Below, one piece after another: positions 1-11,715 of a stretch of 64,000 nucleotides of DNA. Origin of the DNA: the human T2T-CHM13v2.0 reference genome, Homo sapiens; the NCBI RefSeq assembly GCF_009914755.1, contig NC_060928.1; one strand, given 5' to 3'. The first letter of the stretch is position 1. Each line of letters starts with the position of its first letter. The translations under genes and the position numbers were made by a program. The notes under the pieces are model-generated. The model was not told the DNA's origin, ran no database searches, and saw only the letters and a list, made by a program, of their open reading frames with translations.

Positions 1-241
1 TGTACATTGCCCTGTGGCTGGGATTTCCACCATAAAGCATTTTCTCCAAAATATAATTTCCATTAAATATTCTTATCAATATTTCTATCAAATTAAAATA
101 CCCATTTAAGCCTTACATTATCAATTTGACAAAACAAGTAGATCAACAGAGTTAATAGAATTTTATAAACATGTATCTTAGTCCAGAAAATGACACTGTT
201 GTATTTGAAAATATGAGAAAAGACAAAGCTCAATCACCAAC

Positions 242-1786
242 TGATGGCAGTGGCAGCCCATCTGGAGTGGCCACTGCCAAGTCACTGGCTGCAGCAGGGG
301 CGGTGTGGCTGGGGCTGCTCACTGCACAGAGCTGGTGGGAGCTGGGAACAGGTGGGAAACCCATGCGCTTCTGGGTTGGAGGGCCTGGAGTCTCACCCTC
401 CCAGGCGTAGCTGCAGCTGCCCAGTCACTACTGTGGACCCCAGAATTCCTGCACTCTTAGGGGCCCAGGAAGCCCCACTTCCTCTACAGGCTCAGAAGAG
501 CCTGCTCCAGCCATCTGGCCTCTCCTTGCTCTAGGACCCTGCTCTGATTTTGAAGTGACCAGCAGGGTGTACGTGCACTCAGAGCAGCACTGACACACCA
601 GCCTCCTGCTGCCTTGTCCCCCTCCAGACTTTGGGCACCAACGAGCATGGGAGGGAGGCCAACAGGGGGCTACGGGCAGATTGGTGTGGGCCTGCAGTTG
701 CCCCTTGGCATGAACAGCCTGGGGACCATGGGAGCCATAGGTGGCAGGTTGATGGCAGCAGGAGGCTCACAGGCTCCTGGGCAGAAAGAGGTGGGTCCCT
801 CATGAAGCCCCACCTTCAAGTCAGGGATGGCCTGAAGCAGGAGCCAAGTTGCCAGTTCCCTGAATGGAGTAAGAACTTATGGTGCTTTTTCTGGTCCACC
901 CATGGCCTACCATGGACCAATCAGCATGCACTTCCTCCCCTCTGAAGCTCATAAAAACCCCAGGCTCAGCCAGACTTTGTCAGATGACAGGATGACCTGC
1001 CTGTGAGTAGGAACTACACACTCCAGGTCTCCTCTTCACTGAGAGCTACACTCATCAGGAAAACCTGCCCGCAGAAAGGAGCTACCTATTTTGGGTCTCC
1101 TGAGAGCTGCACTATTGCTCAATAAAGCACCTCTTCTCCTTGCTCACCCTCCAGTTGTCCAGGTACCTCACTCTTCCTGGACACGGGATGAGACCTGCCA
1201 AATGGTGGAAGTGAAAGCTGTAACACAAACAGGGCTGAAACACACACCCCCACTAGCCATGTTGCTGGTGAAGAGAAGGAGAGAAGAGCTGTGACTCTTC
1301 GGAGATCCCAGACCCGGGAGCTTCCTGAGCCAGGGTTGTGACACACTCTTTGGGGTACTGCAGTTCCTGGCATCTCCAAGCTTCCAGGTGCCACTGCATT
1401 CCCTAGTGCCCTCAGTGGAACCCACTTGCAATATGCCTAGTCTGGCTGCAGCCTCGCGGAGAGCCAGTGCCTTTGCCAGTGCCTGGAGCTGCCTGCCCCT
1501 CCACAGCTGGCATGCTGGGCTGTGTGAAGTGGCTGGACCCTAGGTTCACTCACTCATGCACCCCACACTGCGACCCTAGGTTCACTCACTCATGCACCCC
1601 ACACTGCTGCACACCTGGCTCACCCATGGCAGGTGTCAGATCCGGGCTGATAGTGCAAGCTGAGCACAGTTTGCCAGGCCAAGTGGGTGGAATGAGCCCA
1701 GTGGGCCTGAGTAAAACTTGGGCAAAGGTGCCACTGGCCAAAGAGGATTCCTGCTGGTGAAGTGACACCCCCAGGATCCCGTGACA
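242..1786 (+). mobile_element. Solo LTR, MER52-like (ERV1 class)
   Basis: GC-rich block starting TGATGGCAGTGGCAGCCCATCTGGAG and ending GGATCCCGTGACA (TG...CA). Internal AATAAA near 1121. 4-bp TSD caac/caag with 1 mismatch. Matches recalled MER52 termini. Confidence 0.85.
1536..1607. repeat. Perfect 36-bp tandem duplication inside the LTR
   Basis: gaccctaggttcactcactcatgcaccccacactgc occurs at 1536-1571 and again at 1572-1607. Confidence 0.97.
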
Positions 1787-2214
1787 CAAGTAAAGTTTTA
1801 TTTGTTAGGATGTGATAAAAGATGAGGAGGCAAAGAAAGTAAAAACTTAGTAAATTATGAAAACTTTGCAATGTCTTCCACATTAGGATAGCAAGATGAC
1901 TTTCAGTATCTATTTAAATATTTTACTGTGTGTAACACAGCCTGAAGTGTACTGTGCCTTTTAGAGTTGATTCAGGATTCTGGACAGCCATCCTTCAAAG
2001 CCAGTATTCTCTATGCTACTTTCTCATCTACCATAAGAAATCCAGAGAACATACTCTAGTCTTAAAAGAGGCAGAACATGCCATTAATGAAAAGAACACT
2101 GATTCCATAAAGTTTCATTCATGTTTTAATTTTGACATATCTTGTCCTTAAAGTTCAAGCTGCTCTTTCTTTCAGGTTGCTTTGATGATGCTTCATGATT
2201 TAATTCTACATGAC

Positions 2215-2275
2215 ATTGTGTTTAAAGTGCTTAGCTCAGTGTCTGACCAACAGTTCAATAAATGCTTAACAATAC
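2215..2275 (+). mobile_element. MIR 3' fragment
   Basis: taaagtgcttagctcagtgtctgacc...ttcaataaatgcttaa resembles the MIR 3' end. Confidence 0.5.
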
Positions 2276-2999
2276 TTTTTCTTAACTGTAGTATCATCAT
2301 TTTATTTAATGTATTTCCATGGACTTAACATTCAAAACTATTATTAATTTTAAAATAATTTCAACATTTATTATATATATATTTAATATATATTTATTTA
2401 AAGCCATTCCATTATACTATATATTTTATAAGTTCATAGTGGTCCAAAATATAATTTAATTAATACTTAACATTATATTTTCATCTTTTTAAAAATTGCT
2501 TACAAAATAATCATGATAGGTATTATAGGAGTTTTGATAAACAATAATTTATCTTCTGATTTCAGAGTCACAGTGGTCAAACATCTCAGGACAAAAATTA
2601 TCTAATCCAGAAAAGAATTATGTTGGCAACTATGCTTGCCTAATTAACCATAGCATTGCCACACAAAACATACTAAATAGAGGAAAATATATTGTATAAC
2701 TTCATGTGACAATGAACATAGATCTTAATATGTTTTATGAATATGTATATTTACACTAGTTATTGCTTTTATATTTCTCTTAGACACACCCACCTATCAT
2801 CCCATGGAAATATTGTTTGAATATTATTGAAAAATAAAAGTTGCATATACATGTGATTAAAAAGTTAAAACAATATAATCCTTAGCATAAAGTTATCCTC
2901 TTTTAAATGGCTCCTGCATCTACTTCTGGAAAGATAAACCACATCTTCCTATTACCTGTTTGTTTGTTTCTAATTTTCTCCTCTTAAATTTTCTTTGTA

Positions 3000-3420
3000 G
3001 TATAAATTACATATATTTTTTCTGTATTTTAGCTTTTAATAGTAACCATAAATCTTAAGAATATTCCATATCAGCACATGCAGATATAACTTATTAGTTA
3101 CACTGCTGTAAATGATCAATTACTCAGTTTATTTATCAACATTTTAGATATAAACTGATTGTTGTTATTTCAAGTTAAGCTAAATCATAATACATCTTGG
3201 ATAACTTTTATGAGTACATTCATGAAAGGTAATGTCTTCATAACAGAGTTGCTGTGTCAACCGTTACATGTATTAAAATTTTACGTTTTAGTAGATAATA
3301 CCAAATTGCTTTCCAGAAAATTTGTACCAAGTTATACTTACAACTAATTGTATTTTACCATACCGATTTCCCCATATTTAAGTATAATATAAATATTTTA
3401 ATTTAAATTATAGTTTACCA
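3000..3420 (-). mobile_element. Old L1ME-type fragment
   Basis: Antisense L1 3'-region motifs such as ccaaattgctttccagaaaatttgtaccaagttatac. Boundaries approximate. Confidence 0.5.
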
Positions 3421-3661
3421 AATGAAAGCAGTAGTACTGTGCTTGGAGACCAAAGGGCTCATACAACTAATCTGTATGCTTGTGAATCATATCTGCCACA
3501 ATAAAATATATTCTCACAGGAAAGCCTTTTTTCTTTCCTGTGCAATAAGCTATTACTCTGGTATCTCCTGTTATTTGTGAGGGTAGAATAAGAAGTAAGG
3601 CTTATGAATCTGACAAAGCTTTGGTTAAAATCTATATTGATACAAAGCTCATTCACTTTGC

Positions 3662-3913
3662 ATTTGCTTAAAAATACTCTAACTTCATTTGGGTGGGTTA
3701 CCTGCATAAGGTTCACTTGAATTCTACTTGTCATCCACCCCCACTGTTTTCCCAGAATTGCTTCTATCAAGAATATTGGAAAATATCTAGAAGCCTGAAG
3801 CTTTCCCAAGGCTGCTTTATACTGGAATGCAAGGTAGTGATTGATATGAGACACTATCATTCGCAGAAACTCTGCAAAATAAAGATTAGTTTCTCCATCA
3901 AAATCAGTGTAAC
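3662..3913. repeat. Dispersed direct duplication, copy 1 (252 bp)
   Basis: Ungapped match to 6435-6686 with 13 substitutions by manual count (~95% identity). Confidence 0.97.
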
Positions 3914-6434
3914 TTTCACCAAGGGAGTGCTCAGGCAAGTTTCAATAACTTCACATTTTTCCTCAGATTTTATTAGGAGCAACTGAGTTATGCAACTATT
4001 GGAATGTTGTTGCACTGACCCACCCCTGCCCAAGTTCACTTTCTGTAACTTAAAAATGTCATAAACAGCAAAAGGCAAAACAAAACAAGATAAATTTTTT
4101 GAATTTTATATTGCAGCTATAAGCTAGACTGTTCATATATAGATACAAAAATGTTAAAAGTCCCAGTGTTTTAGAGTGAAATGACATGAGCACCTGTTTT
4201 CAGAAATAACTTTTTAATTATATGACATATTTCCCATTGATTAACTTAAAATGTGAGTAATGAGTTCTAAATTAGATATTGGTATCCTTCAGGCTAGTAG
4301 TTTTTCTAAGCATAAAATTCTATTGAACCTGTGTCTGGCTTACTGTACATGAGAATAGAGTGCAATCCATTATCAGGGAAGGCAAAGCCATTAGACTCCT
4401 CATGCATTCAATTAGGCTATTACTTTATCTATCTTAATTGATACTGCTAATAGTATCATATATAATTGCTCTACATAGAAGAAAATGTGCTTGTTAATGA
4501 GTCTTGGCTAATTCAAAGAATGACATTTAAATACTACTAGTAAAACTGTACATAGGTCCAAAATCAATATGTGACCTCTCCTTAGTCTTACAGCAGGTGG
4601 TGGAAAACAGTAATTTAAATTGGTTGATGATAATTTAAAATGAATTCCAGTGTATTTCAGTATGTTTTCAGGTCAATAAGTTTTGTTTTGTTTTATTTTT
4701 CTTTTTCTTTTCAGGAATTATACAGAAATATAAATTTGAGATATATATCAATGACCAAATAGTCCTAAAATTGAAATCACTGTTTTATATAAACCTCTGT
4801 GCTTATGTTACAAGAAATAGGCTCAAAGAAAATTTCAGATCTTAACAAATGTAAACAAGTCAAAACAACTAGAAATATTAATACTCTCCAGCCTCTTTGA
4901 ACTTAAAAAATCTACTGTGTGCAGTAAAATACTGGGTAGAAATATGAAGACTAGAGACTATGTTTTAAATATATGACATCTAAAAATATTGGTCTTCAGT
5001 TAATACAAGTTGCCTCATAAGTGTAAATTAAGCATTTTTTTCTAGCCTTTTAACTCTTTTCATCAATAAAATGCTATTTAACCCAGCTTTATAAAATACA
5101 ATAGTTTCTTTCAAAGAAATAAGTTATGCAATGCAAAAATATCTCAGGGGCACGCCGACGCAGAATGTAGTCTTGAAGTCCATTGTTCTGATACTAAGGG
5201 TGAAGTATGTTCTGAATCTGGAGAAGAGAACTCCCCAATTCTCTGCAGTAGGTAACTGTACATGGGGAGGATGGGTCCTGGGGAGAGAACAAAGGGTCAT
5301 AGGATATTTTTGTTTGAAAGATATACTCTCCTACTCCTTAGAATTGCCTGGTAAAATGTTTATTAAATTTTGTTTTATTAAGTCATAGCACTGTTGTAAC
5401 TGAAAAGAAATTCAGCTGTAAAGAAATTTAGGTCTTAGAAAGATCATTTGATTTGTCCAAGGCCTTATCTAACCAGTTATTCCTTAAAATAGAATTGGAT
5501 TCAGTATTCTTGAGAACATACTTTAATTTTTGGTGGGGTACTTAGATCACTGAACCATGAACTCAATTTAGAAAAAAATTGCATAATATTGTGCTTTTTC
5601 AGTCAATTTAAGTAACGCATTTGACATGTTTTCAATCTGGAGAGAGCATATTTACAGTCACTTTGCAAAAGCAGTTTTAAAAATGCTTCATTTCTGACAC
5701 TAAGTGCCCTCGCTTCAGACCTTTATACATGTTATCAAGTATTTCTACTAGTTCTTCCCAATGGAAACCACGAACAGCCTACAGCATTTTTACTGACTTT
5801 CACTCTCTGAACAGTTATTTTGCTACTAGACTGGAAAATGAGTGAAGAAAAAATTGGCAAAAAAGGGCATATCTCTATTTTCCAGCTCAGTAAGATTCTC
5901 TAAATGTGACATAAATTCTAAGTGGTACAGCATATAATATTTGAAGAGTGCTGTGGACTTGAACACTAGATATGTCTGTTTCTTTTTACAGATAAAAAAA
6001 ATTGAAAACATAGAGGACATTTCAAACTTTATTGCAAAATCACAAATATGTAATTATCCTACAGCTATTCTTTGTTTTGTTCAGAACAGATTGATAATTG
6101 AATAACACATGCTCATTATGAGAAAATCTCAGTTTTTTCCTTATGGGTAATCACCTCTATTTCTGTGTCTTATTTCTGTTTCTCTGAACATGGTTTTGAC
6201 TGGAATTTAGTTGTTTATTTTTGGGGAAGGAGACAAAATATCTATACCATGTACAAGATATAGTGTGGACTGATGTTTTAATTATTTTTCCTTTTATCAC
6301 AGAACTATTACAGGCAGTTTTAAATATCTAAAAACTCCAGTGTATGTGCTGAGATCAGCTACTGAAGTGCTTATCAGAAGTGTATTTACAGTTAACTTAG
6401 GCTACACAAAACCAGGAAAGTTTCAGAAGGTAAT

Positions 6435-6686
6435 ATTTGCTTAAAAATACTCTAACTTCATTTGGGTGGGTTACCTGCATAAGGTTCACTTGAATTCTAT
6501 TTGTTATCCACCCTCACTGTTTTCCCAGAATTGCTTTTATCAAGAATACTGGAAAATATCTAGAAGCCTGAAGCTTTCCCAAGGCTGCTTTATGCTTGAA
6601 TGCAAGGTAGTGATCGATATGAGATGCTATGATTTGCAGAAACTCTGCAAAATAAAGATTAGTTTCTCCATCAAAATCAGCGTAAC
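6435..6686. repeat. Dispersed direct duplication, copy 2 (252 bp)
   Basis: Ungapped match to 3662-3913, 2773 bp upstream. Confidence 0.97.
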
Positions 6687-7044
6687 CAGTATAGATGCCA
6701 GGTTAAAATACACCAGAAAAAGAACTCATTCATACAGGTGGGTAAGCATAGCTCTAGAGAAAGAAAAGTATGATGTCTTAACATATTGCTTTTGGATCTT
6801 CCTGCATTCTTTTAAGTGCTTGCTCAGTCCCTTCAATATAAACCACATCTGTCTCATATTTGGTAGAAATGTTCCTAAAATTTTAATAAAAATATTTTAC
6901 ATTAACTACATCACTTTTATACCCTCCTGACATTCTCAATTAAGTCTCCAGATGTATAATAAAAGCACCAAAAATAAATAATACATAAAAACTAAATTTA
7001 AATAGTTCAAGTTTGAAAGAAATAATTTATGATTTTATCTATAG

Positions 7045-8330
7045 ATGTACTGATAAAAGCATATTTGGAAAATCTAGGTGACCTTGGGTTAGGCAATGAC
7101 TTCTTGATACAATACCAAAACATAATTCGTGAAAGAAAAAAATTGATAGGTTGAAATTCATTGAAATTGAAAACTTCTGCACTGCAAAAAAAGTGTCAAC
7201 AATAATAAAACAAGTCATAAATTGGGAAATAGCATTTGCAAAACATATATCCGATAAAGGACTGGTATCCAAACCTTACAAAGAACTCTCAAAACTCAAC
7301 AGTAAGAAACCAAGCAACATATTTTCAAAAACATGGGTAAAATATCTGAACAGTTTACCAAAGAAGACATATAGATGGCAAAAATGCTCAATATCATATG
7401 CCATTAGGATATTACAAATTAAAACCACAATTAGATACCACTATACACTTATCAAAATGATCAGAATTCAAAACAGACAACACCAAATTCTGGTGAGAAT
7501 GTGAAGCAACAGGAAATCACATTTGTTGCTAGTGGGAATGCAAAATGCTATAGCCTTTTTGAAAGACAGTTTGGTGGTTTCTTATAAAACTATACATTCT
7601 CTTACCCTTTGATCCAGCAATTGTTCTCCTTGTTATTTACCTAAATGAGTTGAAAACCTTTGTCCACATAAAAATGTGACCACTCCCATGTTTATAAGCA
7701 GTCTTATTTGTAGTTGTTGAAAAATGGGGGGAAAAAACAAGATATCCTTCAACAGTTTAATAGATAAGCAAATTGATTTATCTGTACAATAGAATATCAT
7801 TCAGTGATAAAAAGAAAAGAATGAGTTATCAAACCGTGAAAACATATGGAAAAAACCTTAAATGCATATTGTTAAGTGAAAGAAGCCTATCTGAAAAGAG
7901 TGCATACAATGTAATTCCAACTATTTGACATCTGGAAAGGGGAAAACCATGAAACAGAGAAAAGATAAGTGGTTGCCGTGGGTTCTGCCAGGGGAAGGAG
8001 GAATTCATAGGTTGAGCCCAGAGGATTTTTAGGGCAGTGAAACTGCCTGTGTGATATGGCAATGGTGGATATGTGTCATTGTATGTTGTGCATTCTTCAA
8101 AATCTGTAGAATGTACAACACAAAGAGTGAAACTTAAACTACAGATTTTAAATAGTAATGTATCAATATTATCTCATCAATTATAACAAATGTACTGCAC
8201 TAATGCAGGAAGTTAACAGAGGAAACATAGGGTAAGAAGGTATAATGAGGTATGTAGGAACTCTCGGAACTATCTACTCAATTTTTGTGTTAATTTAAAA
8301 CTGCCATCAAAAATAATGTCTATACAAAAA
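7045..8330 (+). mobile_element. 5'-truncated L1MC-type LINE (ORF2 3' end plus 3'UTR)
   Basis: ORF2 C-terminal remnant (KFIEIENFCTAK...HISDKGLVSKPYKELSKLN...IKTTIRYH). L1MC-type 3'UTR motif gaatgtacaacacaaagagtgaa. A-rich end. Confidence 0.85.
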
Positions 8331-8745
8331 TGTGTATTTGAGTCACTATTGCAATACCTATTAACTATGTGATCTGTTGCATTATAATTTAATCCTTTAA
8401 GTCTTGTGTTTTAGTTCATAGCTTTCAGAATAAAAAAAGTAAAATTTACACATTGTTTTTACTAAAATTAAAATGCATTTAAAATTTATGATGCTGTGTC
8501 TAATATATACTAAGTGCCCAACAAATGGTAGCTAGTTTTATTATTATGAATAATTTTCTTACTCAATCGATTTATTTTTAATACCATAAAAATAAATTCT
8601 GTCTTAGGGTTGATTATGTTGCAACCACATATGCATTTCAAAAATTAGGAAAAACTGTGCTAATACACTCTCCATCCTCTGTTGTTTTCCTGTTGCAAGC
8701 AAAATATTCCCTAAATTAATGAGGAATATTCTTGCCAGGCAGAAA

Positions 8746-8791
8746 TAGATAGACGATAGATAGACAGATAGAAAATAGTCAGACAGACAGG

Positions 8792-8851
<60 letters not shown>

Positions 8852-8863
8852 TAGGCAGACAGA
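8746..8863. repeat. Compound tetranucleotide STR, core (TAGA)12(CAGA)3
   Basis: Pure TAGA run 8792-8839, then CAGA x3, with degenerate units on both sides. Confidence 0.97.
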
Positions 8864-9499
8864 ACTAATCCTGCTGTTGATAGCTAGCTAGACAGGGGAG
8901 AGTGAATCTGCCCCTCATCTGATTATAGGCTGACAAGTTGCTTTCCACCTACCTTTTTTTTTGTATCTTGTTCTCTGTCTTACTTCTATTGATGGAAGAT
9001 TGTGGGACTGTACCTGTACCTACTCTTTTTTATGGGTTTGATCCATGTTCTGAAGCAGGATGCTCTAATTGGCTCTTTCTTGCCTGGACCCAAGGTATTT
9101 GAGCACCAAGTATGAAATTTGAAATTAAAGAAAATTCTAAAGTCTAATCTATCTGCTCAAATAACTTTATCTTAACCAAATATTTGTCTCATTTCAATGT
9201 CATACTCTAAAAAACATATTTCTGTGATGAAAGAAAATTTGTATGTTAAGTATTATTAAATTTCTTAAACAGGGAATGTGTACTATGATTTGATTTCAGC
9301 CTGTTTTACGCTGATTTCTGTGTAACTATTGATGACAATAATTTCTAGGAAGTGGGGTGCAAATCTTTTTTTTCTCAAAAGTGCAAATCTTAAATATCAC
9401 CACAACTTCTCATGGGTGTGATGAGGTAAATGATATATACTCAAGTTAAATTTTAACTTTCTCCTTACTTTAAAATAAAAACAAAAGAAAATTTAAAAA

Positions 9500-9542
9500 A
9501 TATATACACATATGTATGTATATGTCATATATATGTGTGTGC

Positions 9543-9581
<39 letters not shown>
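9500..9581. repeat. (AT)n microsatellite and TA-rich low-complexity tract
   Basis: Pure AT run 9553-9581. Confidence 0.95.
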
Positions 9582-9582
<1 letters not shown>

Positions 9583-9600
9583 CATTCATGGAATATACTA

Positions 9601-10141
9601 CAGTATTCCCCCCTTATCCATGGTTTCACTTTCCAAAATTTCAGTTACCCAGCATCAATTGCAGTCTGAAACTGCTAAATAGAAAATTCCAAAATTAAAC
9701 ATTCATAAGTTTTAAATTGCACGATTATGAGTAGCGTGATGAAATCTCATGCGTTTCATTCCATTCCACGCAAGACATGAATCCTCCCTTTGTCTACTGT
9801 ATCCATACTATACATGCCACCCTCTTATTAGTCACTTAGTAGCTGTCTAAGTTATCAGATCTACTGTTGTGTTCTCACAGTGCTGGTGTTCAATTAACCC
9901 TTATTTTACTTAATAATGACTCCAAAGTGTAACAATGTTGATGCTGACATATTGTTATAATTGTTCTGTTATTATTATTGTTATTAATCACTTGCTGTGC
10001 CTAATGTATAAATTAAACTTTATCATAGGTATGTGTGTATAGGAACAAACACAGAATATATAGAGCTCAGTACTATTCATGGTTTCAGGCATCCCCTGGG
10101 TGTCTTGGAACGTATTCCCCAGGGACAAAGAAGGGGTACAG
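9601..10141 (+). mobile_element. MER44-type (Tigger7-derived, TcMar) DNA transposon
   Basis: Starts CAGTATTCCCCCCTTATCCATGG. Ends with a degenerate inverted terminus (ggacaaagaaggggtacag). TA flanks both ends. Confidence 0.85.
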
Positions 10142-10334
10142 TATCATCTGCCCTACTGAGGATTCCACACATAATGAAAGAAGAAGTCTTACATCTTACG
10201 AGTTAGTTAGAGAAAAATAATAACTTTTCAAAGGTAGAGTCAAGGTGAGAAATTATATTATTTGACGTCTTATTGAATCCTGAAAGAACTATATGATTCA
10301 TTTTTCCTGAAACAAAATCATTGATATGTCCCTC

Positions 10335-10706
10335 TAGTATGGACTGAATGTTTGTGTCACTGTAACACTCACTGTGAAGGTATCTGGAGAACAGGTCTTT
10401 GGAAGGTAATTAGGGTTAGATGAGGTCATAAAGATGGGCTCCTCATGATTAGTGTTCTTAAAAGAGGAGACACAGGAGGGCTTAGTCTCTCTCCCTCTGC
10501 AAACATAAGAGCATACAGAGGGAGCATACAGTGAGATCATAAGAACATACATGAGAAGACCATCTACAAGCCAAGAGAAGATGCCTCAGAATAAAACCCA
10601 CTTCACCAGAACCTTCCAAGGCCCTAGAGCTGTGAAAAATACATTTCTGTTGTTTAAGGCACTCAGCCTTTGATATTTTGTTATGGCAGCCCAAGCAGAC
10701 TAACAC
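10335..10706 (+). mobile_element. MLT1A-type MaLR solo LTR
   Basis: tatggactgaatgtttgtgtc...aggtaattagggttagatgaggtcat...atttctgttgtttaag...gttatggcagcccaagcagactaaca. Confidence 0.85.
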
Positions 10707-11420
10707 AGCCTCCCATTATCTGACACATTTTATTAATAAAGTTATCTCTATAACACTTATAATTCACTCTCTAACAGCACATTATATGTGATATCAGCAC
10801 ATCTAGAAGGTAATCTTCTAGGGATTTGTCTCATTTATCCCTACATATCTAGTAATTAGAACACTGTCTGGCTATTGTGGGTACCAAATAAACAGTTTTG
10901 AAATAAATCAGTAAAAAATCAAGAGGCTAAAGCCATCTTCTGCAGAATTCAATTATTGGCTTAACTTTCTGTGATCATTTCTTGTTCTGTTTTGTCATTA
11001 AAATATATTCTGAGAATACATTTACCAGTGAAAAATCTTAAGATTCTTTAACAAGCATGTCTATACCTCCTTGCTTCAATATAATGATGAAGAGGACAGG
11101 GGCAGAGAAAGAGGGAGAATACTGTGTTATTGAAGATTGAATAATACCTTATAAGACTACTAAATGGAACCTTTGCGAACCCTCAATCAATGTAAGAACT
11201 AAAACATAGCTAACAATCTTGAAGTTCACCGTATGCTCCTTCACGATCCTATATCCCATTTTGCTGGCTATCCTTCATATGACTAAGCTCACATTCATAT
11301 TTTCATCACCCTGTCTCTCAGTCCTCTATTCCAATATATTTATTTACTTCTACCTTCCAATTAATGATTCTGTTTTTGCTTGCTGATTTTAACTTCATCA
11401 TCATCTTCTTCTTCATTTTT

Positions 11421-11715
11421 TTTTTTTTTTTTTTAGATGGAATCTTACTCTGTCGTCCAGGCTGAAATGCAGTGGCATGATCTCGGCTCACTGCCACCTC
11501 CCTCTCCTAGGCTCAAGTGATTCTTCTGCCTCAGCCTCCGAAGTAGCTGGGATTTCAGGCTCCCGCCACCACGCCCGGCTAATTTTTGTATTTTCAGTAG
11601 AGACGGGGTTTCATCGTGTTGGTCAGGCTGGTCTCAAACTCCTGAACGCAGGTGATCTGCCCGCCTCGGCCTGCCAAAGTGCTGACATTACAGGCATGAG
11701 CCACTGCACTCAGCC
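11421..11715 (-). mobile_element. Alu (AluS-type), full length
   Basis: Antisense dimeric Alu with poly-T. 15-bp TSD ttcttcttcattttt/ttcatcttcattttt. Confidence 0.97.

Noticed and set aside
171-1883. Cluster of overlapping 60-104 aa ORFs
   Set aside because: They lie in or overlap the GC-rich MER52-like LTR, where stop codons are rare. No recognisable domains.
3459-3938. 159-aa minus-strand ORF as a real gene
   Set aside because: Non-ATG start, no recognisable homology, and the paralogous copy has an in-frame stop. Kept only as part of the duplication finding.
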